This document shows, piece after piece, positions 51,297-62,322 of a stretch of DNA of 64,000 bases. This stretch comes from Synechococcus sp. (GTDB taxonomy: Bacteria; Cyanobacteriota; Cyanobacteriia; PCC-6307; Cyanobiaceae), in NCBI GenBank assembly GCA_047285805.1, contig JBJBCN010000003.1, forward strand, positions 128,001 through 192,000, in the 5' to 3' direction. How positions within the stretch are numbered: the first letter of the stretch is position 1; every line of letters begins with the position of its first letter. The translations under genes and the position numbers were made by a program. Below the pieces are notes generated by a model, which saw only the letters and a list, made by a program, of their open reading frames with translations, had not been told where the DNA came from and searched no databases.

Positions 51297-51868
51297 GCAG
51301 CGAGGACCTTGCGCAGAAAACTGCGGCGATGCAGGACGGTCGGCCCCAGCTCGAGTACAGCTGCCCGGTGCTGCGCTGTCCCATAGCCCGCATGGCGCTC
51401 AAAGCCATAGCCGGGGAAGCGCTGAGCAAGACGCACCAAGAGGGCATCGCGGGCCTGCTTGGCCAAGACACTGGCCGCTGCGATCTCCAGATGCTCGCTG
51501 TCACCGCGCACCACGGTCTCCTGCGAGCCCGGCCAAAGACGCAGGGGCAGGTTCCCGTCCACCAGGACATGGTCCGGCTCCGGAGAACCCAGGCGCTGCA
51601 ATCCCCGAACCATCGCCAGTTCGGTGGCGCTGCGAATGCCGAAGCGGTCAATCTCAAGAGCGGAAGCCTGCCCGAGGGCCCAGGACTCCGCCTGCTCAAG
51701 GATCAAGGGCACCAGCTGGGCCCGGCGCTTGGCCGAGAGGGCCTTGCTGTCGGTCAAACCCGCCGCGGCCAAGGCCTCGCGGGCGGGGTCGCTCAAGATG
51801 ACTACACCGGCAAAGACAGGGCCAAACCAGCAGCCCCGCCCGACTTCATCCACACCAGCGATCCGCAT
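51293..51868 (-). CDS. rnhB: Ribonuclease HII
   Basis: [35 protein letters not shown]. Confidence 0.96.
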   Translation of the reverse strand: MRIAGVDEVGRGCWFGPVFAGVVILSDPAREALAAAGLTDSKALSAKRRAQLVPLILEQAESWALGQASALEIDRFGIRSATELAMVRGLQRLGSPEPDHVLVDGNLPLRLWPGSQETVVRGDSEHLEIAAASVLAKQARDALLVRLAQRFPGYGFERHAGYGTAQHRAAVLELGPTVLHRRSFLRKVLAA

Positions 51869-51882
51869 CGGCGCCGCAGGCC

Positions 51883-53934
51883 TCAGTCGCTGGCCGAAGA
51901 ACGGCGGCGGCGGCGGCGGGGCTCACCGTTGTCTTGAGTCTCCTCTGCAGCCGGGGTCGAGACCACAGCGACCGTTGCCGCAGGCGCTTCAGTCACTGCG
52001 ACGGTGGCTGCACTGCTGCGGCTCCGGGTGCGAGTGCGGCCCGTGCGGGCAGGCGCCGCTTCATCATGGGCCGCCGTGGCGGCCGTTGAATCGGTGATCG
52101 AAACCGTCGTCACGGGAGATTCCATGACGGCCACTTCCGTGATCGAGACGGTGGGCAGGGGGGTGATCGCCACGCCCGTGGGCTCGGTCTGGGCGACGGC
52201 GACCGGAGCAGCAGCAACGCCGTACCCATTGCCGTTGGCGTTGCTACCGCCGCGACCACGGCGGCGGCGGCGGGGACCCGCGGCCGCCAACTGCTGACGG
52301 GCCTCATCGAGGACCGCTTCAGCGTCTTGCCCCGGACGGACGACGCGCACCATCAGGTTGTCGGGATTCGGAGACGGATCCAGCAGTAGCGCCGGGTTCA
52401 GACCCAACCAGCCGTAGACCATTTCCTGTTCAGGCTCCATCGGAACAACTACCAGTTCCGGCTCAGGCCGGCGGTTGTGGCCCTCCGAGCTGCTGGTGGC
52501 CTGAGGCGGAGCATCGGCCTGGGCCGTGGCCACAACAGCTCCGTCGTCGTAGGCGGTGGTGCTGTCGACATCAGAACTGCGTCCACCACGACCGCGACCA
52601 CGGCGGCGGCCACCGCTGCCGCCCTCCAGGGCCGCGGGGGTCGAGGCTTCAGCACGGGCCGAGGCAGCTGAGCGCACCAAACCCGAGACACTGGCCAGGG
52701 GCTGGAGCGTGTCTTGACCAGGCAGGACCACCACGTGACCCAGACCACCGCAGCTGGGGCAGGCCCGGCCGAAGAGCTCATAGATGTTCTGGCCCTGACG
52801 CTTGCGGGTGAGCTCCACCAAGCCCAGTTCACTGATCTGAGCGATCTGAGGACGGGCCGAATCGGAGCGCACTTCAGAGGTGAAGTGCTCGAGCAGTTGC
52901 AGCTGATCGCGGCGTGACTCCATATCGATGAAGTCGATGATCACGACTCCACCGATGTTGCGCAGTTTCAGCTGACGGGCGATCTCAGTTGCCGCCTCGT
53001 AGTTGGTCCACAGGACCGTCTCACGGGCATTGGCAGAGCGGGTGAAGGAGCCCGAGTTGACGTCAATCACCGTCAGGGCCTCGGTGGGCTCGATGATCAC
53101 GTAGCCGCCCGAAGGCAGATCCGCCCGAGGCTTGAGGGCATCGCGGATGGCCGCGTTGACTTTGTAGTGCTCCAGGATCTGGGTGGGCTCACTGTGGTGC
53201 TCCACCAGCACCTGATGGGGATCGCTACCAAGGAAGGTGTTGACCCGGGAGACCGCATCAGGAGCGTCCACCACGATCCTCGCCACCTCTGGGGTGTAGT
53301 GGTCGCGCAGGATCCGATGAATGAAATCGTCGTCGCGGTTCAGCAGAACCGGCGGCGTCGCGGATTCAGCGGCCGTCTGAATGGCCTCCCACTGGCGCAG
53401 GAGCGCCTCGAGGTCGTCAATCAGCAGATCTTCGCTGATGCCTTCGGCCTCGGTGCGGATCAGCAGGCCTGCGCCAGGGGGCTTAATCAAGACACCCAGG
53501 GCACGCAGACGGTTGCGCTCGCTTTCAGCGGTGATCCTGCGCGAAATATTCACCCCTTGGCCATGGGGCTGAAGCACCAGGAAACGGCCCGGCAGGGTGA
53601 GGTTCCCCGTCAGCCGAGGCCCCTTCGTTCCGGTGGGCTCCTTCATGACCTGAACGAGCACTTTCTGCCGTGGCTCGAGCAGCTCGGTGATGCCGACTAT
53701 GCCTTTCTTCAGACGAAGGGGACCGAGGTCCGAGACATGAATAAAGCCATTCTTCTCACCCTCGCCGATGTTGACGAAGGCGGCATCAATGCCAGGCAGG
53801 ACGTTCTCGATCGTTCCCAGATAAACATCACCGATCTGATAGCGACCCTGTGCGACGACGAGCTCGTCGACTCGCTCATCGGTGAGAACAGCGGCAATCC
53901 GCAGTTGCTCGGCGATGACGATCTGCTGGGGCAT
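51883..53934 (-). CDS. rne: Ribonuclease E
   Basis: [39 protein letters not shown]; Arg-rich disordered C-terminus. Confidence 0.96.
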   Translation of the reverse strand: MPQQIVIAEQLRIAAVLTDERVDELVVAQGRYQIGDVYLGTIENVLPGIDAAFVNIGEGEKNGFIHVSDLGPLRLKKGIVGITELLEPRQKVLVQVMKEPTGTKGPRLTGNLTLPGRFLVLQPHGQGVNISRRITAESERNRLRALGVLIKPPGAGLLIRTEAEGISEDLLIDDLEALLRQWEAIQTAAESATPPVLLNRDDDFIHRILRDHYTPEVARIVVDAPDAVSRVNTFLGSDPHQVLVEHHSEPTQILEHYKVNAAIRDALKPRADLPSGGYVIIEPTEALTVIDVNSGSFTRSANARETVLWTNYEAATEIARQLKLRNIGGVVIIDFIDMESRRDQLQLLEHFTSEVRSDSARPQIAQISELGLVELTRKRQGQNIYELFGRACPSCGGLGHVVVLPGQDTLQPLASVSGLVRSAASARAEASTPAALEGGSGGRRRGRGRGGRSSDVDSTTAYDDGAVVATAQADAPPQATSSSEGHNRRPEPELVVVPMEPEQEMVYGWLGLNPALLLDPSPNPDNLMVRVVRPGQDAEAVLDEARQQLAAAGPRRRRRGRGGSNANGNGYGVAAAPVAVAQTEPTGVAITPLPTVSITEVAVMESPVTTVSITDSTAATAAHDEAAPARTGRTRTRSRSSAATVAVTEAPAATVAVVSTPAAEETQDNGEPRRRRRRSSASD

Positions 53935-54340
53935 GGAAGGTCAGGAAATGACCTGCACGGGGCAGGAGGGGATAAGAAATGACGCGGCTAACGCAGTGCG
54001 TTGGCCTGAGACAGAGATCTGATCGCGGCATCGCCGATGCCGGGTGACTACTGCCAGTGGGATGTGAGAAAAGCTCAGAACGCGACGCCGAGGCTGAAGC
54101 TGCGGCGAAAGAGGGGGGCGTTGAACCAGTGAGGTTGAACGCGAAAGAGTTGCGGGTGCCGGTTGGTGCCCGTCTGAACAGCGCCGCCTTAAGCGACTTT
54201 CAGGAAGGGAAACTCGTGAAAGCTGCTGAGGAAGTTCCGCTCGCTCGCCATCAACGTCGGTTGACGGGGCGGAGGAGAGATCAACGAACCGACTTCGGTC
54301 AAGGATCTGCTGTCCTGATTGCAAGCTAGCACGGTTGATT

Positions 54341-57004
54341 TCAAGAGTCGGAGGGGCTTTGGAGCAGTAACGATTGGCGCCGCAGGCCCACCATCGCCAA
54401 GGGCCGAGCCAGGCGCCCTGAGAACCACTGCTGCAGCTGTTCCGGCTTCAAACTGCGGCCGGCAGGATCCACCACTGCGCTGTAGCGAAGCCCCTGAAGA
54501 TCGGGATCGTCCGCCAAACGGGGGAGCAGCTCCAGCGCGGTGAGGTATGGCCTTAGGTCCCGTTGCCGGGGCCGCCCCTTCTTATCGGTGTCCTCCCAAA
54601 TCCAACTCTCCTGGCCCAAAAGATCAGCCGCCGCCGCCGCCCATTCCTCGGATGTCGCCTTGGCCTGGCCATGCTCCACTCGCCACTGAACGGCCCAGAT
54701 CGCACCTGAGAGCTCCTGCGAGAGGCTGGAGCCAAAGACCTCCACGGGCTGGACCTCGAGTAGCGCGAAACCAGGGGGCAGTTGGCGCTGAAGCTGCTGG
54801 CGAGCCGGCTCTGAATCCAGCGGAGCCGTGAACTCGACATCCATCCATTCCCCATCCGCTTCGGCGCCCAGGGGCAGAGCCAAAGCGAACTGCACCCGCG
54901 GCAAGGGGTGGAAGCCCCCCGTAAAACTCACCGGCAGCCCCGAGCGGCGCAGGGCGCGCTCCATCAGACGCACCAGATCCAGGTGGCTGAGCAAAGCCAA
55001 GGAACCCGTCTTGGCAAAGCGGAAGCGCAGGCGTTGGACCCGCTCGCTGGCGGGAGGACGCTGAGGAAGGGGCTCCGGAATCTCAGGCGGAGCGACCACC
55101 ACGTTGTGACCCAACTCAGGGCCGCAGACCCCGCAGCTGCTACAACCCTCAAAGGAGCAGTCCGGAACCACCGCCGCCGCCAGGGCATTGCGCAGGTCCT
55201 CAGCCAGCCAGCTTTTCTCCACCCCTGAATCGATGTGATCCCAGGGCAGGGGCTGGGCGCAGAAGGCCGCCAGGTCGCTGGGGTCCATGCCCTCGGCGGA
55301 ACTCCACTCCCCTATCTCGTGCTCGCGGTAACGCCCGCCCAACTCCGCCGCCTCGATGGCATCGGTCCAGGCCTGATACGTGCGGTCCGCGGCTTCAAAC
55401 CAGGCATCCAGCCCTGCACCAGCCCGCCAAGCCGCCTCGATCACAGGCGCGAGACGGCGGTCACCTCGACCGACAAAGTCCTCCATCGCCGAAAGGCGCA
55501 CATCGGTGAAATTCGTCTTCAGGCCACGCAACTGGCGCAGGGCTTCGCGCAACAGCTGCTGACGACGCACGAATTCAGCCGTGCTGACGCTGTGCCACTG
55601 GAACGGGGTGTGGGGCTTGGGCGTGAAGTTGCTGATGGTCAGGTTCAGTTCCAACCGTCCCAGGTCCCGGCACTGCTGCTGCAACGACCGGCAGGTCTCG
55701 GCGATGCCCAGAACGTCGGCATCGGTTTCACCGGGCAGGCCGATCATGAAATAGAGCTTGATCTTGCGGTAGCCGCTCTCCATGGCGGTGCGAATGCCCC
55801 GCAGCAGCTCTGCATCCGTAAGCCCCTTATTGACGATGTCCCGCAAACGCTGGGTGCCGGCTTCGGGCGCGAAGGTCAGACCTGCCCGCCGGGTGCCGCC
55901 CAGGATGTGGGCAATGTTGCTGTCGAAGCGATCAACCCGCTGACTCGGCAGGGTCAAGGTGACGTTCTTGTCCGCCAAGCGGTTGCGCAACTCCACCCCC
56001 ACCGCGGGCAGCGCCAAGTAGTCCGAACAGCTCAGCGAGAGCAGGGAGAAGTCGGAATACCCCGTGCGCTCCATGCCCGTCTCAATGGCCTCTACCACGG
56101 CCTGCGGTTCCGCGTCCCGGGCCGGACGGGTCAACATCCCTGGCTGGCAGAAGCGACAACCGCGGGTGCAGCCGCGGCGGATTTCGACGGTGAGACGATC
56201 GTGCACCGTCTCGATATGGGGGACCAGACCCATCGCGTAGTGGGGCATGGGCGTCGCGGTGCGGCGCATGACCCGCTTGGGCACCCCCGGATGCAGGGGC
56301 TGCTGGCTCACCCCATCGGGGCCCGGCCGGTATAGGGATGGGACATAGACCCCCGGCACATGGGCCAGGTCCCGCAACAAGGCACTGCGGCTCAACCCCG
56401 CAGCCTTGGCCTCAGCCACCACCAGACCCAGCTCTGGCAACACCTCTTCGCCATCGCCCAGCACTATGAAGTCGAAGAACGCCGCGAAGGGCTCCGGGTT
56501 GCTTGTGGCGGTGGGACCGCCGGCAAAGATCAGTGGAGGGGCGGCCGGATCCGCAAGGGGCAGATCGCCGCGATCAGCGGCCCGAATCGGCACATGGGCC
56601 AACTCCAACATCGCCAGGATGTTGGTGGCCCCCAACTCGTAACTGAGAGAGAAGCCGAGGATGTCGAAGGCAGGCAGCGGCCGGCGACTCTCCACAGCAA
56701 AGAGAGGCTGTCCCCGCTCGCGCAAGCGCTCCGCGAGATCCGGGCCTGGCAGATAACTGCGGTCACAGAGCTGGCCAGGAACGCTGTTGAGAATCGAATA
56801 GAGAATGATGTGGCCTGTGTTGCTGGAGCCGACCTCGTAGATCTCGGGGTAGGTGAGGGCCCAGCGCACGGCAGCGGCGGGCCAGACCTGATTCCAGTCC
56901 CGCTCCTGCACCCCCAGTTCATTGCCGAGATAGCGGCCCGGCTTGGCAATGCTGCGATCCACCAGGGTGTCGAAATCCACCGGTGCGTCGAAAACGGTGG
57001 TCAC
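54341..57004 (-). CDS. TIGR03960-type B12-binding radical SAM protein fused to DUF2344
   Basis: KPGRYLGNE, YPEIYEVG, RGCTRGCRFC, TFAPEAG, LPWDHI, C..C..CGVC; C-terminal SHLD...GGFHP.P. Confidence 0.88.
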   Translation of the reverse strand: MTTVFDAPVDFDTLVDRSIAKPGRYLGNELGVQERDWNQVWPAAAVRWALTYPEIYEVGSSNTGHIILYSILNSVPGQLCDRSYLPGPDLAERLRERGQPLFAVESRRPLPAFDILGFSLSYELGATNILAMLELAHVPIRAADRGDLPLADPAAPPLIFAGGPTATSNPEPFAAFFDFIVLGDGEEVLPELGLVVAEAKAAGLSRSALLRDLAHVPGVYVPSLYRPGPDGVSQQPLHPGVPKRVMRRTATPMPHYAMGLVPHIETVHDRLTVEIRRGCTRGCRFCQPGMLTRPARDAEPQAVVEAIETGMERTGYSDFSLLSLSCSDYLALPAVGVELRNRLADKNVTLTLPSQRVDRFDSNIAHILGGTRRAGLTFAPEAGTQRLRDIVNKGLTDAELLRGIRTAMESGYRKIKLYFMIGLPGETDADVLGIAETCRSLQQQCRDLGRLELNLTISNFTPKPHTPFQWHSVSTAEFVRRQQLLREALRQLRGLKTNFTDVRLSAMEDFVGRGDRRLAPVIEAAWRAGAGLDAWFEAADRTYQAWTDAIEAAELGGRYREHEIGEWSSAEGMDPSDLAAFCAQPLPWDHIDSGVEKSWLAEDLRNALAAAVVPDCSFEGCSSCGVCGPELGHNVVVAPPEIPEPLPQRPPASERVQRLRFRFAKTGSLALLSHLDLVRLMERALRRSGLPVSFTGGFHPLPRVQFALALPLGAEADGEWMDVEFTAPLDSEPARQQLQRQLPPGFALLEVQPVEVFGSSLSQELSGAIWAVQWRVEHGQAKATSEEWAAAAADLLGQESWIWEDTDKKGRPRQRDLRPYLTALELLPRLADDPDLQGLRYSAVVDPAGRSLKPEQLQQWFSGRLARPLAMVGLRRQSLLLQSPSDS

Positions 57005-57114
57005 AGCAGCAGGCCTGGCACTGACTTGATCGTATGCAGAGGCAGCCCCAGGGGGCCCCCTCCACGTAGGACAATCCGGCCAGTACAACCGGGCCCTCGT
57101 GGCCCCTCGGTGAG

Positions 57115-58365
57115 ATGGCCCAGGTCAACGGCAACTACCTCAAGCTCAAAGCGGGCTACCTCTTCCCGGAGATCGCACGGCGCGTCAAGGCCTTCAGCGA
57201 AGCCAACCCGAACGCTCCGATCATTCGCCTCGGGATTGGCGATGTCACCGAGCCCCTGCCGGAGGCCTGCCGCAATGCCATGAAGTCGGCCGTCGACGAG
57301 ATGGGGACCCGTGAAGGCTTCCACGGGTACGGCCCCGAGCAGGGTTACGGCTGGCTGCGCGAGAAAATCGCGACTAATGATTTCCAGGCCCGCGGCTGCA
57401 ACATCAGCGCCGAGGAGATCTTTGTCTCCGACGGCTCCAAGTGCGATAGCTCGAACATCCTGGACATCCTGGGCGCCGGCAACCGCATCGCCGTCACCGA
57501 TCCCGTCTACCCGGTGTATGTCGACAGCAACGTCATGGCAGGCCACACGGGCGACGCCGATGACGCCGGCCAGTACGGCGGTTTGACCTACCTGCCAATC
57601 AGTGCCGACAACGGCTTCACCGCCCAGATCCCCAGCGAGAAGATGGATCTGATCTATCTCTGCTTCCCCAACAACCCCACCGGTGCGGTGGCCTCCAAGG
57701 AGCAGCTCAAGGCCTGGGTGGACTACGCCCGCGCCAACGACGCCCTTATCCTGTTTGACGCGGCCTATGAGGCCTTCATTCAGGACCCATCCCTGCCCCA
57801 CTCCATCTATGAGATCGAGGGCGCCCGCGAGTGCGCCATTGAGTTCCGCTCCTTCTCCAAGAATGCAGGCTTCACTGGCACCCGCTGCGCCCTGACCGTG
57901 GTGCCCCGCGGCCTGATGGGCACTGCGGCGAACGGCGAGAAAGTGGAACTCTGGGGCCTTTGGAACCGCCGCCAGTGCACCAAGTTCAATGGTGTCAGCT
58001 ACATCGTTCAGCGGGGTGCCGAAGCGGTCTACTCCGCTGAAGGTCAGGCCCAGGTGAAAGGGCTGATCAGCTTCTACATGGAGAACGCCGCCATCATTCG
58101 CCGCGAACTCAGCGGTGCCGGCCTGACGGTCTACGGCGGCGAACAGGCCCCCTACGTGTGGATCAAAACCCCCGCAGGCGTGGACTCCTGGGGCTTCTTC
58201 GATCTGCTTCTCAACAAGGCCAACGTGGTCGGCACCCCCGGCAGTGGTTTTGGTGCCGCCGGCGAGGGCTACTTCCGTCTTTCGGCCTTCAACAGCCGCG
58301 AGAACGTCAACGAAGCCATGCGCCGGATCAAGGAAGCTCTGACCCCCGCCGCAGCTGCCGCCTAA
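57115..58365 (+). CDS. dapL: LL-diaminopimelate aminotransferase
   Basis: [42 protein letters not shown]. Confidence 0.97.
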   Translation: MAQVNGNYLKLKAGYLFPEIARRVKAFSEANPNAPIIRLGIGDVTEPLPEACRNAMKSAVDEMGTREGFHGYGPEQGYGWLREKIATNDFQARGCNISAEEIFVSDGSKCDSSNILDILGAGNRIAVTDPVYPVYVDSNVMAGHTGDADDAGQYGGLTYLPISADNGFTAQIPSEKMDLIYLCFPNNPTGAVASKEQLKAWVDYARANDALILFDAAYEAFIQDPSLPHSIYEIEGARECAIEFRSFSKNAGFTGTRCALTVVPRGLMGTAANGEKVELWGLWNRRQCTKFNGVSYIVQRGAEAVYSAEGQAQVKGLISFYMENAAIIRRELSGAGLTVYGGEQAPYVWIKTPAGVDSWGFFDLLLNKANVVGTPGSGFGAAGEGYFRLSAFNSRENVNEAMRRIKEALTPAAAAA

Positions 58366-58392
58366 GGCGCTGCCTAAAGTCCCTAACTCGTC

Positions 58393-58731
58393 ATGCCGGA
58401 GCTGATCAGGATGATCCGATCAACTCAGGCGCCTAGCCGCGAAAGCGGTGGCGCCGCTGTGATGGAGAAAGCGCCGGAGCGGGTGCGCAAGCCCTCGCCC
58501 CGCTACAAGGTGCTGCTCCACAACGACCCGGTGAACACCATGGAATACGTGGTGAGCACCCTGCGGCAGGTGGTGCCCTCCCTCAGTGAGCAGGACGCCA
58601 TCGCCGTGATGATGGAGGCCCACAACACGGGTGTGGGCCTGGTGATCGTCTGCGATATCGAGCCTGCGGAGTTTTACAGCGAAACCCTCAAGGCCAAGGG
58701 GCTGACGAGCACGATCGAGCCCGAAGAGTGA
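58393..58731 (+). CDS. clpS: ATP-dependent Clp protease adaptor; start uncertain
   Basis: YKVLLHNDPVNTMEYV, MMEAH..G. Confidence 0.93.
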   Translation: MPELIRMIRSTQAPSRESGGAAVMEKAPERVRKPSPRYKVLLHNDPVNTMEYVVSTLRQVVPSLSEQDAIAVMMEAHNTGVGLVIVCDIEPAEFYSETLKAKGLTSTIEPEE

Positions 58732-59546
58732 TGGAGGCGCCCACTAGATCGACCTTGCACTGGTGGGGAACCCTCCTCTATGTGCCCGTGCTCTACGGGC
58801 TGGGATGGTTGAGCGCCAGGCCGCTGGCCCTGCTCTTTCCACAATGGCGCCCCGACCAGGTGAACCTGGTTGGCGTTGCCTTGGCGCTGCTGTTGCTGCT
58901 GCTCACCCTTCCTGGGCGTCTGCGCCAGGGCTGGGGCGTCGAGCATCCCTGGCAAACACTTGGGGTTGTCCTGCCTGCTTCAGCCGGCCTGCGCGCGTTC
59001 CTGCGGGGCTTTCTCAAAGCGGCAGCACTTCTCTTTGGCGTGGTGGTCGTCCTTCTGCTCAGTGGCCAAAGCCACTGGCAAGGCCGAATCACCACGGGAG
59101 AAATCCTCAATGCCATCGCCCTGCTCCTGGGGGTGGGCTTTGCCGAGGAATTGATCTTTCGCGGTTGGCTCTGGGGTGAGCTGGAACTGCTCGGGGGACG
59201 GCAGCGGGCGATCGGGCTGCAGGCCGCCTTCTTTGCCCTGGTGCATCCCTGGTATCAGCTTCCCGCCTTCGAAGCCATCGGCTTGCTGGTGGGGCTGGTG
59301 CTCCTGGGAGTTGCCCTGGCCCTACAACGCCGCGCCGATCACGGTGCGTTGTGGGGCTCGGTGGGACTCCACGGCGGATTGGTCGGCGGCTGGTTCGCGC
59401 TCCAAGCCGGCCTAATCAGCGTTCCGGAGGCTGGTCCGGCCTGGCTGCTCGGTCCGGGAGGCGCTAGCCCCAATCCCATCGGAGGCTTGCTCGGCTGGGC
59501 AGGCCTGACGGGCTTAATCCTGGTGCGTCGCCGCTGGTGGCGCTGA
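58728..59546 (+). CDS. CPBP/CAAX-family intramembrane protease
   Basis: EELIFRG, FALVH, GLHGG motifs; multiple TM segments. Confidence 0.9.
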   Translation: MMEAPTRSTLHWWGTLLYVPVLYGLGWLSARPLALLFPQWRPDQVNLVGVALALLLLLLTLPGRLRQGWGVEHPWQTLGVVLPASAGLRAFLRGFLKAAALLFGVVVVLLLSGQSHWQGRITTGEILNAIALLLGVGFAEELIFRGWLWGELELLGGRQRAIGLQAAFFALVHPWYQLPAFEAIGLLVGLVLLGVALALQRRADHGALWGSVGLHGGLVGGWFALQAGLISVPEAGPAWLLGPGGASPNPIGGLLGWAGLTGLILVRRRWWR

Positions 59547-59547
59547 G

Positions 59548-61134
59548 TTAGCGGGTCGCCGTCGCCAAAGCCTTTCGACCTTCCACGGGAGCGCGAAGCG
59601 CTTCTTCCAGTGGAGCGGTGCCGTAGTCGCGCTCGAGCAGATCCATCACGGTGCGACCGAAATCTGCGGGATTCCGCTCAAAGGCTTCCAAACAGATGCG
59701 GCCAAAGGTGCTGCCCATCGGCTCGGGATTCCAAAGGAGTTGCCGCGCCGTCCAGGGCAGCATGCTCATCGGGTTGTAGCCCGGCTTGATCAGCCCCTGA
59801 TCGAAGCCGTACTGCTCGAGATGGGTGTGGGGCTGCAGGCCGATGAAAAAGATCGCCGGCTCCACCTTGTCGGCGCCAAAAATCCGCTCCAGCTCACGGT
59901 GGTAAGCGACGGTTTGGCGGATCGTCTCGGGCCGTTCGTCGATGACGTTGAACGAGTAGTTGACTGAGACGTGTTCACGGAACCCGGCCTCGGCTAGCAG
60001 GCGGCAGTTCTCGAGGACGGTGCGCAGGTTGTAGCCCATCCGCATCTTGCGCACGAGCTCCTGGGATCCCGAGGTAATGCCGATCTCGAAGTAGTCCATG
60101 CCCGTCTCGACCATCAGCAGGGCGAGCTCGGCGTCGAGATTGTCAGCTCGGATGTAGGCCGCCCAGCGAATGTCGTTCCAGCCCTGGGCTTTCACTGCCC
60201 GTAGCAGCTCCTTGGCGTCGTCGATGTAGCGACGGGCCGGAATGAATTGGGCATCCGTGAACCAGAAACCGCGAACCCCGCGCCGATAGAGCTGATGCAT
60301 CTCAGCGATCACCTCATCGACGGGATTCACCCGGACCGCCTTGCCCTCAACGACCGTGTAGACGCAGTAGCAGCAGTTGTGGGGGCAGCCCCTCTTCGTC
60401 TGAACACCGACGTAGAAGTCCCCCCCATCGAGGTACCAATCGAGCTGCGGCCAGATCGAGGCGATGTAGTCGTAGTCGCAGGCTGTCTTCTCCATGCCGG
60501 AGGGCTGCTCGTGAATCAAGCCCGGCCGTGGCGCGTTTCCCGCCAGGAAACAGCGCTCATTGGCGAGGGACTCCCCGCGCAGGAGCTTCTCGAGAAGCGG
60601 CTCGCCCTCACCGACGGAGACGACGGTGCCGCGGGGGAGACGTTTGCCGAGCTGTTCGTAGAAGACACTGACGGCGCCGCCGCCTAGGACCGCCTGAGCC
60701 CCGGGGTGATGGCGCCGCGCCCGCCTCAAGCCGCGGCGCACCAGGCGCAGATTGCGCCAGAGCTCGCCATAGAAAGACGCCATCAGGCGTAAGCCACCGA
60801 AGGCACCGCGCAGCCGGCGGACCGGATTCAGGGCGTAGAAAACCTCAAAGGAGTTCTGGAGCGGATTGCCCCCGCGACCATCCACCGGGGCATAGATCTG
60901 GATATCTCGCCAGGAGAACACCAGAACCGTGGGCCGGAAGCTCTCGATGCGCTCCAGCAGGACGGCCTCGACATCCAAGAGGGGCACAGCCGCCAGATCG
61001 AGGATTTGCTGCGGCAAATCCGGGAACTGCTTATGCAAGTGATCGGCCAGGTAAACGGGGCCGATCGGGAAAATTGGATTGCAGGGGAGCCGCACGAGCA
61101 ACACCCGCTGATCAGATGGCGGTAGTGGTCTCAA
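59548..61134 (-). CDS. B12-binding radical SAM protein (PSII high-light acclimation, Slr0320-like); start approximate
   Basis: RLPCNPIFPIGPVYLADH, KRGCPHNCCYC, WFTDAQF. Confidence 0.85.
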   Translation of the reverse strand: MRPLPPSDQRVLLVRLPCNPIFPIGPVYLADHLHKQFPDLPQQILDLAAVPLLDVEAVLLERIESFRPTVLVFSWRDIQIYAPVDGRGGNPLQNSFEVFYALNPVRRLRGAFGGLRLMASFYGELWRNLRLVRRGLRRARRHHPGAQAVLGGGAVSVFYEQLGKRLPRGTVVSVGEGEPLLEKLLRGESLANERCFLAGNAPRPGLIHEQPSGMEKTACDYDYIASIWPQLDWYLDGGDFYVGVQTKRGCPHNCCYCVYTVVEGKAVRVNPVDEVIAEMHQLYRRGVRGFWFTDAQFIPARRYIDDAKELLRAVKAQGWNDIRWAAYIRADNLDAELALLMVETGMDYFEIGITSGSQELVRKMRMGYNLRTVLENCRLLAEAGFREHVSVNYSFNVIDERPETIRQTVAYHRELERIFGADKVEPAIFFIGLQPHTHLEQYGFDQGLIKPGYNPMSMLPWTARQLLWNPEPMGSTFGRICLEAFERNPADFGRTVMDLLERDYGTAPLEEALRAPVEGRKALATATR

Positions 61135-61162
61135 GCTGCGACGCCCGTGGCGAAGTTGGACG

Positions 61163-62167
61163 CTAACAAGCAGCTCTTGTCCAGCGTTGCTGGAGGGTTT
61201 GATCCACCAGCTCCACCGTTCTCCCCAGGCCATGGGGCAAGCGCGGCCACCACTGACGGTGGACACAGGTTCGGGGGGCGAGCTGCCGGCCGGACGCCTC
61301 CACAACCGCCCGCAGGGCTTCAATCCTTGGCTGCGGATAGGCCGGATTGATCACGTCGGCCAGATCGATTCCACCGAGGTCATCAATGCCAGCGGCCAAA
61401 GCAGCCGGAAGCGCATCAAGGGGCCAAAGGTTCGGGGGAGTCTGGAGATGGACCTCGCGCGGCAACAGGGCACGGGCCGCCGCAATCAGCTCCAACAGAT
61501 CGGCTTGTTCCTGGGCGTTGAGGACAACAGCGGAGGCGCCATCGGGACGCCAAGGCTGAAGGATCACCTCCTGGAGATGTCCCCAACGCAGCTGCAAATC
61601 GCGAAGCAGTGCAAGGGCCTCCAAGCGGTCGGCGCGGGTCTCGCCCACCCCCAGCAAGAGCCCCGTCGTGAAGGGAATGCACAGGCGGCCGGCTTGCTCC
61701 AGCTGGGCCAAGCGAACCTCCAGGCGTTTGCTGGGGGCGTGGGCATGCAACGGGGTATAGGCCGGCCCAAGGCCTTCGAGCATCAAGCCAAGCGATGGAT
61801 TGCAGCGGCCAAGCCGAGCCATCTCCCTGACACTCAGAGGGCCGGCATTCGTGTGGGGCAACCGTCCTTGAGCCAAGGCGAGCTGGCTGAACTGCACTAA
61901 GCGGTCGAACCAGACACCGCGGCGCGGCGAGCCCGGTGCCTCCTCGCCACTGAGGAGCAGCACCTCGGCGGCACCCGGCCGCTGAGCGAGCTGCTGCTGG
62001 GCAAGCTCAAGCGAGAGGGGAACGGCTAAATCCGGGGAAACGCGAAAGCTGCAGTAGGCGCAACGGTTGAAACAGCCGTGGGTGGGCACCAGCGTGACGC
62101 TGGGGCTCCAGGTGACAACAGGAGCGGAGCCCACTGGCGAAGCACTGAAAAGGGGAGCTGATGTCAC
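61163..62167 (-). CDS. cofG: FO synthase subunit CofG
   Basis: T.SP..TLVPT..CFNRCAYC, LPHTNAG, GLMLE, IPFTTGLL.G.GET, HLQEVILQ, Q.PPNL. Confidence 0.85.
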   Translation of the reverse strand: MTSAPLFSASPVGSAPVVTWSPSVTLVPTHGCFNRCAYCSFRVSPDLAVPLSLELAQQQLAQRPGAAEVLLLSGEEAPGSPRRGVWFDRLVQFSQLALAQGRLPHTNAGPLSVREMARLGRCNPSLGLMLEGLGPAYTPLHAHAPSKRLEVRLAQLEQAGRLCIPFTTGLLLGVGETRADRLEALALLRDLQLRWGHLQEVILQPWRPDGASAVVLNAQEQADLLELIAAARALLPREVHLQTPPNLWPLDALPAALAAGIDDLGGIDLADVINPAYPQPRIEALRAVVEASGRQLAPRTCVHRQWWPRLPHGLGRTVELVDQTLQQRWTRAAC

Positions 62168-62227
62168 CGATTAGCAGCGCTGAGCGCGCTGGAACCTGAG
62201 AACGCGTTAACGCGGCGCAATGTGGCG

Positions 62228-62322
62228 CAAACATCCGTTACATTGGCTTTGGCAGGACGGGTTACCGACCTGTCCTTCCCTAACCGCCACGCGTTCGCGC
62301 AAGGCCCTTCTTTCCCGTACTC
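62228..62322 (+). promoter_or_regulatory. psbA promoter with HLR1-like repeat and 5'-leader hairpin (PhotoRC-I-like)
   Basis: CAAACATCC-GTTACATT at 62228-62244; hairpin AGGACGGGT-taccg-ACCTGTCCT at 62254-62276. Confidence 0.55.
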
